Shown one piece after another: positions 1 through 6,698 of a DNA stretch of 32,000 nucleotides. Under the pieces are notes generated by a model. It was given only the letters and a program-made list of their open reading frames with translations, was not told the DNA's origin and ran no database searches. The position numbers were made by a program, and so were the translations under genes. Numbering within the stretch: position 1 is the first letter of the stretch; each line of letters starts with the position of its first letter. This DNA is from an uncultured archaeon (GTDB taxonomy: Archaea > CAYFZR01), in contig CAYFZR010000082.1 in NCBI GenBank assembly GCA_964347835.1, forward strand, positions 1 through 32,000. The letters run 5' to 3'.

Positions 1-213
1 TGCGACTATTTTGCCATCCTCGAATAATAACTCGCTAAACAATGACTTTTTCTCCTTATCGGCAAATATTCTCATACAGCCGTTGTGCTTTAACCTGCTA
101 AGTTCTCCAAAAATCTCAGCCAATCTATGGTCTTTGGTATCGAGATTAACTTTATATGGAATTCCTTTTGGAAGATTCATTATTATCTCTTCTTTGACGC
201 TCACCTGTGACAT
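1..213 (-). CDS. hypothetical protein, N-terminal part only (gene runs off left edge)
   Basis: The reverse-strand frame is open from the window edge to the ATG at 211-213 (MSQVSVKEEIIMNLPKGIPYKVNLDTKDHRLAEIFGELSRLKHNGCMRIFADKEKK...). An in-frame TAG lies a few codons upstream of that ATG. The composition is protein-like, unlike the overlapping + ORF 11-373. It is absent from the ORF track because it is edge-truncated. Confidence 0.5.
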   Translation of the reverse strand, partial: MSQVSVKEEIIMNLPKGIPYKVNLDTKDHRLAEIFGELSRLKHNGCMRIFADKEKKSLFSELLFEDGKIVA

Positions 214-477
214 TAACCATCTCTATCGGGTTTGCATACTATCAAATTTCTGTATACAAAATTGCTGGCTTATGATACAATTATGTCTTTTTAACCGAAA
301 AAGGATAGATATGGCATCACCGCTTTCTAAAAATGGGGAGATTTCTGGATTTTTAGGCTTCCTTTTGTTCTAGCCAAGCATATCGAGTTGGAACAGTTTC
401 ATTTCTCATTGTTTCATCTTCTTCCTTTACTTCTTCTCCTGATCTCTTTATTCTCTTTCCAGACGCGGTAAATTTTC

Positions 478-529
478 TTAGGCTGACCTAAACCCAAGCA
501 TGGTTCCTAATTCTTAGGTTCGGACCTAA
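478..529. repeat. cluster of five TTAGG/CCTAA pentamers in alternating orientation (three short palindromes)
   Basis: TTAGG 478-482, CCTAA 487-491, CCTAA 506-510, TTAGG 514-518 and CCTAA 525-529, read directly. They form TTAGG-n4-CCTAA, CCTAA-n3-TTAGG and TTAGGT-n4-ACCTAA units in a non-coding stretch. Confidence 0.4.
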
Positions 530-723
530 CTTCAAAGCTTACCTTTATGCATTTGTCTGAAATATCCCGAACAACATTATAGTTTTGATTCTCCAGGACC
601 GTGTGGAGATATTTGAAGGAGATTTAAAGCTGATATTGGGTTCTAAAATTTTGACACCAGTGGTATCTTGATGACTTATACAATCATTCGATAAGTTTAT
701 GTACAATTCGTGCAAACAAGTAT

Positions 724-1008
724 TTGCCAAGACAGGGGAGGGCGGCAATTTTGACGGTAGATCTTTTAGATGTAATTGATAAAAAATATAAAGAAATAGA
801 AGAAGAATTTAAAGCAAACAAAATTACAAAAGAAGAATTTGTTGAAAAACTTGGATTTTTGATAGAAAAATTGGAATCTATAGAAAAAGAGGTTAGTAAC
901 GCGAAGAAAGAGTCTAATTTAAATAAATTTTCAATGATAAAAGGTCTTTTTATAGGATTGATTATAATTTTAATAACTTTACTTTCGTTAGTTCTTATTC
1001 TCTTTTAA
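724..1008 (+). CDS. hypothetical coiled-coil protein with C-terminal transmembrane anchor
   Basis: ORF with a K/E-rich helical region and a hydrophobic tail (GLFIGLIIILITLLSLVLILF). The real start is probably the TTG at 751, which follows GGAGG at 737-741. Confidence 0.5.
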   Translation: MPRQGRAAILTVDLLDVIDKKYKEIEEEFKANKITKEEFVEKLGFLIEKLESIEKEVSNAKKESNLNKFSMIKGLFIGLIIILITLLSLVLILF

Positions 1009-1385
1009 TATTTCAGGAAACATAATACTTAACCTTAGGCCTAATAATAACAAATCCGGTACGAGCTTCAACTAGTTGCTTTAAACGTTTACTAATTGTA
1101 AACATCTGTTTTATTTTTTTAAACGCTGAAAACAAAACCGATAATTATATAAATTACAAAATAGACGTAAATGGGAAGAGGGTGAGGGTGTACCAACTTT
1201 TTTACTCGAAGCTATCCAGTCGAAGTCCAGTAATCTCAGCTATCTCTACCTCCTTTCAGACTCATCCTCTTCCAGCGGGCACCTTATGTCTTCCACCCGT
1301 AAACTTGGTGCCCTTACGAGAAAGTTGAACAAGGAAAGCTTTAGAAGCTGTAAGAGAGGAAAGGAACATAAAACAGGGGGCTTAA

Positions 1386-1679
1386 ATGGCTAAAATAACT
1401 ATTTCTTCAAGAATTGGCAATGATTTTAGAGATATAAAAATTGAATTAGACGATGCGAAGAATCACAATATAATGATAGTGGGAGCGAAAGAGAGTGAAA
1501 TAATCAAATGGTTAAGATACTCATGGACAGTAGACAAAAACCTAAAAAAAGATCTTATTAAAACACTTAGTGATGAACCTGATATGGGACTTATTTTCGA
1601 AATGGAATTCCAGGATTTTGCTAGAGAATGGATTGAAAAAATTGATAAAAAATTGGGCGGGGCCGTAATGTTAATCTAA
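1386..1679 (+). CDS. hypothetical protein
   Basis: 97-aa ORF with an ATG start preceded by AGGGGG 6 nt upstream. No recognisable motif. Confidence 0.5.
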   Translation: MAKITISSRIGNDFRDIKIELDDAKNHNIMIVGAKESEIIKWLRYSWTVDKNLKKDLIKTLSDEPDMGLIFEMEFQDFAREWIEKIDKKLGGAVMLI

Positions 1680-1781
1680 ATATCCTTTGATTTAGTGCCT
1701 ATTCACGACAGCCATGATATCATAAGAAAAAACGAAATCGACTAAAACTTAAGTAATCATTAGTTAGGGGTATCGTAAGAC

Positions 1782-1961
1782 ATGAATGAGGGCGGACAAG
1801 GAGCTTTAGAATATATTCTTATGATTGCTTTGATGTTGGCAGCAGTCTCATTTATGATAATATTTTTTGTAGGAAAACCTACTAAGCTTGCTAACAAAAG
1901 TCAACGTGGGTATAACATAACTAACGATAGTATTGAGGCAATACTTCACGAGGCAAGATGA
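1782..1961 (+). CDS. class III signal peptide (archaeal type IV pilin-like) protein, 59 aa
   Basis: Translates to MNEGGQGALEYILMIALMLAAVSFMIIFFVGKPTKLANKSQRGYNITNDSIEAILHEAR. It has a short charged leader, a G/Q cleavage-type site and the QxxxEY motif, followed by a hydrophobic helix. This is typical of archaeal prepilins. It is below the ORF-track size cutoff. Confidence 0.65.
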   Translation: MNEGGQGALEYILMIALMLAAVSFMIIFFVGKPTKLANKSQRGYNITNDSIEAILHEAR

Positions 1962-2069
1962 AATGAGGCTTTAACTAAATACTAAAACATTAAATTTTTC
2001 TGAACAAACCTTCAGACGGTATTACAAAAATATTGTAATAATAAATAGATGAGGCGTAAATAATCCTCA

Positions 2070-2396
2070 TCATTTGACATTTTTCAAAACAACAGAGGAA
2101 AAATACGGTTTATTATGAGATCTCTCCATTGCCTTCTCAAATTTGTCTTTTTCTGTTAGGTAAGCAAGTGGATGACTCATGTTCATCTTAATAATAACTA
2201 TATTCTTGTTTTCTAACAGTAAGAATCTACCTTTTTCCAATCGCTTTATTGCATCGCTAACGCGAGCCTTTGATTTGCCTATTTTCCTAGATAGTTCGCT
2301 AAGGTGCATTACGTCATTTGGATTGTTCAAAAAATGTTGCACAATTCTGGTTTCAGCGGTATCTCCGAATATCTCTACTAAATTAACATAAACCAT
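2070..2396 (-). CDS. winged-helix transcriptional regulator (small, ArsR/MarR-like)
   Basis: The HTH-like segment is LSELSRKIGKSKARVSDAIKRLEKGRFL. The ORF extends to the ATG at 2411, but the second ATG (2396) is preceded by GGGGAGGG and is the likelier start. Confidence 0.6.
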   Translation of the reverse strand: MVYVNLVEIFGDTAETRIVQHFLNNPNDVMHLSELSRKIGKSKARVSDAIKRLEKGRFLLLENKNIVIIKMNMSHPLAYLTEKDKFEKAMERSHNKPYFSSVVLKNVK

Positions 2397-2480
2397 CCTA
2401 ACCCTCCCCATCCATGGACAGGTAAATAATTGTGTAACAACAAGTATTAAAGCTTTTATATTTCATTCTTGTGAAATAAA

Positions 2481-2569
2481 ATTAAGTCTTTTAGATAATG
2501 TGGTTTGGCCTTGGACTTATCCTCATAAATTGATTAAGTCTTCTAAGAGTGATCTTTCTGTAAAGACTT
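2481..2569. promoter_or_regulatory. repeated ATTAAGTCTT motif (two direct copies plus one inverted core) in divergent intergenic region
   Basis: ATTAAGTCTTTTAGA at 2481-2495 and ATTAAGTCTTCTAAGA at 2533-2548. The inverted core AAGACTT sits at 2563-2569. The region lies between the wHTH gene and the 2679 ORF. Confidence 0.3.
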
Positions 2570-2678
2570 TGATAAACCACCGATGTATATAATTTAATAA
2601 CAATAACCAAATTTTACCAATCAGCGTAGAGATAAACCTCTATTGGTTACGATAAGAAATGACGAAGAGCGCTAGTAT

Positions 2679-2954
2679 ATGCATTATGTTTTCACAAAAA
2701 AAGGCGATAATCTTGCTCTGATGAGGAGGAACAACGTCAAAAACACAATTGAATTTAAGATGAGTTACGAAACCTATGAAAAATTAATCTCTAAGCATGA
2801 TAAGGCTGAATATCTTAATACAATTAAAGAGATGATCAAACTATGGAAAAAAGGAGTAATAGAAGTTGATGCTCATTCATTTACGCAAAACATGGCTGTG
2901 TTCTTCATAAAACTTAGGGATACCGACTGGATTCTTAGATTCTTGACAGAATGA
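2679..2954 (+). CDS. hypothetical protein
   Basis: 91-aa ORF with protein-like composition and no recognised motif. Confidence 0.45.
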   Translation: MHYVFTKKGDNLALMRRNNVKNTIEFKMSYETYEKLISKHDKAEYLNTIKEMIKLWKKGVIEVDAHSFTQNMAVFFIKLRDTDWILRFLTE

Positions 2955-3092
2955 ATTAAAACTCTTGATGGGATATGAACATGCAGCTGTGGATTCTTTT
3001 ATCTCTTTGATCATATTTATGAAAATAAAATTTCCTAATTTTAAGCTACTCTACTCTCTCAAAAATCTTGTCTCGACTTTTGAGCTTCTTGG

Positions 3093-3509
3093 TCATTCAA
3101 TTAGCTTTCTCATTCTATTCAAAAATTTTTGAGCATTTACAAGAACGTCTTCAGCATTTTCTTTGAAGTAAGTATATCTATAATCAGCATTTTCTCTACT
3201 ACTCATCGCAGAAGAATAATATTCCAGATAAATATTTTTTAACTTGCCTTTTTTAACTAGGTCTTCAAGAACTACTTTAATAGCAAAATGTCTCCTCTCC
3301 CTATAGCCTAGAGAAAATAATACTGCCCTGGCAGCGTGAAACATAGAGAAATAACCCTTTATAATACACCATTTGAAGTCATTCTCTTCAAATGCACGCT
3401 TCGATCGATTTAAATCATATTCTGCTTCATTGAATTCTTTCTCAATAAGTATTGGATCGCGTTGAATTCTAATGAGAAAACCCTCATCCAAACATTGCTT
3501 AACGTCCAT
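3093..3509 (-). CDS. HEPN domain protein (toxin-like partner of adjacent nucleotidyltransferase)
   Basis: 138-aa all-helical protein resembling HEPN-domain proteins (AEYDLNRSKRAFEENDFKWCIIKGYFSMFHAARAVLFSLGY). Its start overlaps the stop of the upstream MNT-type gene by 1 nt. Confidence 0.75.
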   Translation of the reverse strand: MDVKQCLDEGFLIRIQRDPILIEKEFNEAEYDLNRSKRAFEENDFKWCIIKGYFSMFHAARAVLFSLGYRERRHFAIKVVLEDLVKKGKLKNIYLEYYSSAMSSRENADYRYTYFKENAEDVLVNAQKFLNRMRKLIE

Positions 3510-4066
3510 TATATCAGCTCTATTTTATCTCTCTCAACTCTTTCGTAGAAAGCAGGATCTTTTTCCGACATTTTAATCCATTCGTCCTCTGTAAATACGG
3601 TTGCCTTTAGTTGAATATTAAATTCATTTCTAAGAAGCATTAGCTCTTTTTCCACCTCTCTCTGTTTTATATTACCTATCATAAGTAAGTCCCAATCACT
3701 ATCTTCCACGTCTTCTCCCCTAGCCACAGAACCGTATAAATAAATTCTAACCTTCAATTTTTCTCTAAATTCTGTCAATTTGTAGATAGCAGGGTGTGAG
3801 AGGTTATAGGCAATTTTTAAATGTTTGACAAATGTGTTTTCCCTGTTTAGTTTTAAAAATTTCATTCTGCCCCTTCTTTTTAAAATTAGAAGATTTTCCT
3901 TGGATAATTCGTCTAAATATTTGTTAACTGCACCTAAGCTTAATTCAGTCTTTTCTTTGACTTGTTTTTCATAAAATTCTTGAGTAGGGTTTTCTAAAAA
4001 GAAAAGTAACAATCTCAACGCTGTACCGGATTCCCATATAACACTTTTTGATGAAATTGTTTTCAT
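3509..4066 (-). CDS. nucleotidyltransferase (MNT-type) with N-terminal winged-helix domain
   Basis: Carries the minimal nucleotidyltransferase motif LYGSVARGEDVEDSDWDLLMIG (GS...D-x-D). The N-terminal ~80 aa look like a wHTH (LSLGAVNKYLDELSKENLLILKRRGRMKF). Confidence 0.8.
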   Translation of the reverse strand: MKTISSKSVIWESGTALRLLLFFLENPTQEFYEKQVKEKTELSLGAVNKYLDELSKENLLILKRRGRMKFLKLNRENTFVKHLKIAYNLSHPAIYKLTEFREKLKVRIYLYGSVARGEDVEDSDWDLLMIGNIKQREVEKELMLLRNEFNIQLKATVFTEDEWIKMSEKDPAFYERVERDKIELI

Positions 4067-4142
4067 ATTAATGAAGTTGTTTTCATTTTCTTATAAATTT
4101 TTTTGTTTTTATCATCTTGTCAAAACTTTGCATTTATCTTTT

Positions 4143-4577
4143 CTAAGTCAAATCCGATCTCAGGTCTTTTACCTCTTTCTCTATACAAGGAATTTTCGAG
4201 GTATGTTCAAGCATCTTGTCCTGCTTATCAAGCATCTTTTCTGTATTTTCTCTAATATCTAAGATGGCAGGAATTCCTTTGTCTAATTGTTCTACCTGTA
4301 AAAAATGCATGTAGTCGATGACGCTCATTATATAACCTTCGTATTCTTCAAAGATTACTTCTGAAACCAATGCATGCTCAGGATAATTTTCCTCTGCAAA
4401 TTTTTTAAATTGCTCGGCTTTTTCTCCGTCGACATAAACTATAACAGCCTGTTTATCATTTTCTTTAATGTTGAAGGCATTGAATCTGTCTATTCCTAAT
4501 TCCAAAGCCTTTTTTAATAAAAAGACCCTGTAACCCACTCCATGTACCCTAGTGCCTAAGATCTTTATCTTCGGAAT
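4143..4577 (-). CDS. acylphosphatase-like domain protein with C-terminal helical extension
   Basis: The V-x-G-x-V-x-G-V-G-(F/Y)-R signature reads ILGTRVHGVGYRVF only if translation starts upstream of the track's GTG (4538). An in-frame ATT at 4575-4577 follows AGGTG (4584-4588) after a 6-nt spacer. See findings. Confidence 0.6.
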   Translation of the reverse strand: MPKIKILGTRVHGVGYRVFLLKKALELGIDRFNAFNIKENDKQAVIVYVDGEKAEQFKKFAEENYPEHALVSEVIFEEYEGYIMSVIDYMHFLQVEQLDKGIPAILDIRENTEKMLDKQDKMLEHTSKIPCIEKEVKDLRSDLT

Positions 4578-4733
4578 TTAAAACACCTAAATCCTGAGCA
4601 GAGATTAAAGTATTTATAACTTTATTTCTTCCCCGACAATATTTCCAGATGAGCTTGAGACAATTAGATTTTTTCTTAACGAACTGCTAAAAAACTTAAG
4701 GAAAAAATGAAGTATTCTATTCTTTAGATTTCT

Positions 4734-5171
4734 TCAAAATCGTCTTCTTTTCAGCCAAACTAACCCTGCTATGGGAACGGTTACCAGAGCAGGGAAGTAA
4801 GAGTCAGACCATATAAATCCGTGGGTTTCAAACGTAAAGAATGGATAAAAATATACGTTTATATTTCCAAATGGATAAAGGAAACTATCTAAAACTAAAT
4901 GGCTTAAAAAACCAACAGATATCAAGAGATAGGTATCTTTCCAGTCTTTAAAGAAGCTTGATAATAAAGCGCCTGATAAAAGCACGCCAATAATAGTATG
5001 AAAGGGTAAAAAGAAGTTTATCACCGCGGAATTATTATAAGAATGCGCAAACATAAAAAGTTTTGAAAGATCCGGGAGTACGGATCCAAGTATAACAGGT
5101 CTGACCCTTATGTTCAACAACACAGCGACGAGATACCCAGCGCATATATGGGTGATCCAATCAGGCATCAT
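4734..5171 (-). CDS. membrane-bound metal-dependent hydrolase-like protein (DUF457/YdjM-like)
   Basis: The N-terminus MMPDWITHICAGYL and the multiple TM helices with His/Asp residues (SHLVLDSF) are typical of the family. The ATG at 5169-5171 overlaps the upstream stop (ATGA). Confidence 0.6.
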   Translation of the reverse strand: MMPDWITHICAGYLVAVLLNIRVRPVILGSVLPDLSKLFMFAHSYNNSAVINFFLPFHTIIGVLLSGALLSSFFKDWKDTYLLISVGFLSHLVLDSFLYPFGNINVYFYPFFTFETHGFIWSDSYFPALVTVPIAGLVWLKRRRF

Positions 5172-5569
5172 GAAAACCTCCTGTTTTCTCTCCATTCCCT
5201 GATGAAAACTAAGAGAAGCAGAGGCAGGCTAAGAAAAGAGGAATATATAGGAAAATTCGGATAGTCGTGGATATGGTACCTCTGAACCATTAGTTTTCCC
5301 TCATTTACATAACCAGAGAAACTAACCTCTTGACCTTCTTGGAAGTTGGAATCGGTCTTTACGATCGCAGATTGATTGACGTATTTTGTGTGTACTTCAT
5401 AAACGTTAGATTCGAGTTTTTTACCGATAATAAAGTTGTTAAGATAATATTCTTTTCCTTCATAAGCAGATAGATCCAAAGGCTTATAAAGAGGATGTTT
5501 AAGAGCAAAAAAACAAAAAAGGATTATTAAAAGGAAGATTACTGTTCTAAAGAGCCATATTCTTTTCAT
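5168..5569 (-). CDS. hypothetical bitopic membrane protein with small beta-rich middle domain
   Basis: Has an N-terminal TM helix (LFRTVIFLLIILFCFFAL) and a C-terminal one (SSFLSLPLLLLVFI). It is translationally coupled to the downstream DUF457-like gene. Confidence 0.55.
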   Translation of the reverse strand: MKRIWLFRTVIFLLIILFCFFALKHPLYKPLDLSAYEGKEYYLNNFIIGKKLESNVYEVHTKYVNQSAIVKTDSNFQEGQEVSFSGYVNEGKLMVQRYHIHDYPNFPIYSSFLSLPLLLLVFIREWRENRRFS

Positions 5570-5716
5570 GGAAAAAACATCCCGAAATTACTATTTAATT
5601 TTTTTCAAAGATAATAAGCCTGATAATAGAATTCAAAGAATCTTTGAATTAAAAGCAGGATTTGATTTAGGAAATAGAATCGAAGAATTGCCAGAGAAGA
5701 TCGCAAATTTTAACGT

Positions 5717-5857
5717 TTATTTTCCTACCTTTACTTTAACTGCGCAGTTTGAACATATCCATACAATACTCTCGCCTCTATCTTCTTTTTTCGATATTCT
5801 CAATCTACCCTTTTCTTTTTGATCAAATGATGAGTTGCATATTTTACATTTCTTCAT
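5717..5857 (-). CDS. small zinc-ribbon protein, 46 aa
   Basis: Translates to MKKCKICNSSFDQKEKGRLRISKKEDRGESIVWICSNCAVKVKVGK, with CxxC...CxxC. AGGTG lies 5 nt upstream of the ATG. It competes with the implausible + ORF 5568-5822. Confidence 0.55.
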   Translation of the reverse strand: MKKCKICNSSFDQKEKGRLRISKKEDRGESIVWICSNCAVKVKVGK

Positions 5858-5903
5858 TTTAACACCTGCTGGAAATATTTAATCAAAGTCTCTAAATAAA
5901 TAT

Positions 5904-6632
5904 TTAGATGTCCGAGGATAATCCTACTAAACTTTTCATTGCCACAGATGCTTTCAATCGAAGAGAATAGTCTGCTATAGGAGAGATAGGCGTTTCTGAA
6001 GGATTTATTTCTATCAAAACTGCTCTGTTATTCTTTGCCATAATCGGCAGAGAAGCAGCGGGTTGTATCACAGCCGATGTGCCTATAACCATCATCACGT
6101 CACACCTGCTTGAGTGTAAGATACTCTGATTTAGCAGGAAAGGATCTAAAGATTCGCCAAACCAAACAACAGATGGTCTTAACATGCTATGACATACGTT
6201 GCATTTGGGAGGTATCTCCTTTAGGGGGGTTTCATAATTTTCAACTTCATTATTACACGACATGCATTTCATACGCCAGATATTTCCGTGAAGTTCTATA
6301 ATTTTTTTATTTCCGGCCCTTCTATGCAAGCCGTCTACGTTTTGAGTTATCAGCATCTTGAGAACATCTCTTTCTTCAAGCCACGCTAAAACCTTATGAG
6401 CATCGTTTGGACTTGCTCTTGCTATCAATGATCTTCGCCAATCATACCATTCCCATACCAAGGTTGGGTTTTTCTTAAAGGCTTGCAGCGTGGCTAACTC
6501 CTCCGGACGATATTCTTTCCACAAGCCATCTTTTCCTCTAAAAGTAGGAATACCGCTCTCCGCCGAAATGCCGGAGCCTGTTAAGGCTAACAGGTACTTC
6601 GATTTTGTGATTATATCTACTAACTCTTCCAT
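5904..6632 (-). CDS. cobB: NAD-dependent protein deacylase, Sir2 family
   Basis: GSGISAESGIPTFRG, QNVDGLH and the zinc-module CxxC...CxxC (CMSCNN...CNVC) are all present. Confidence 0.9.
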   Translation of the reverse strand: MEELVDIITKSKYLLALTGSGISAESGIPTFRGKDGLWKEYRPEELATLQAFKKNPTLVWEWYDWRRSLIARASPNDAHKVLAWLEERDVLKMLITQNVDGLHRRAGNKKIIELHGNIWRMKCMSCNNEVENYETPLKEIPPKCNVCHSMLRPSVVWFGESLDPFLLNQSILHSSRCDVMMVIGTSAVIQPAASLPIMAKNNRAVLIEINPSETPISPIADYSLRLKASVAMKSLVGLSSDI

Positions 6633-6698
6633 AATCTAATTTTAAATTTCTGAATATAAAAAGGAAAATATAAAAACTATGACTTCCGGTTGTGCGTT

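Noticed and set aside
11-373. 120-aa + strand ORF at the left edge
   Set aside because: It has a TTG start, a Ser/Leu/Asn/Phe/Cys-rich low-complexity product and no SD. It runs antisense to a more protein-like minus-strand frame (1-213). I treated it as a shadow ORF.
365-520. Minus-strand open frame ending ...EEVKEEDETMRNETVPTRYAWLEQKEA-stop, possibly a gene remnant
   Set aside because: There is no canonical or SD-supported start. Only an 18-aa ATG-initiated piece exists, and nothing in it is recognisable. It could be a decayed gene end, but I cannot support that.
5168-5569. Possible CcmE-like haem chaperone (F-x-EGQ-x-V...G...HIHDY resembles LFREGQGV...HDENY)
   Set aside because: The idea is attractive because a decahaem cytochrome is nearby. 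However, the resemblance covers a few residues only, the H-x3-Y spacing and context do not align cleanly, and the extra C-terminal TM helix is atypical. This is not enough to call without a profile search.
5568-5822. 84-aa + strand ORF
   Set aside because: It has no SD and odd composition. It overlaps a better-supported SD-led zinc-ribbon gene on the other strand (5717-5857).
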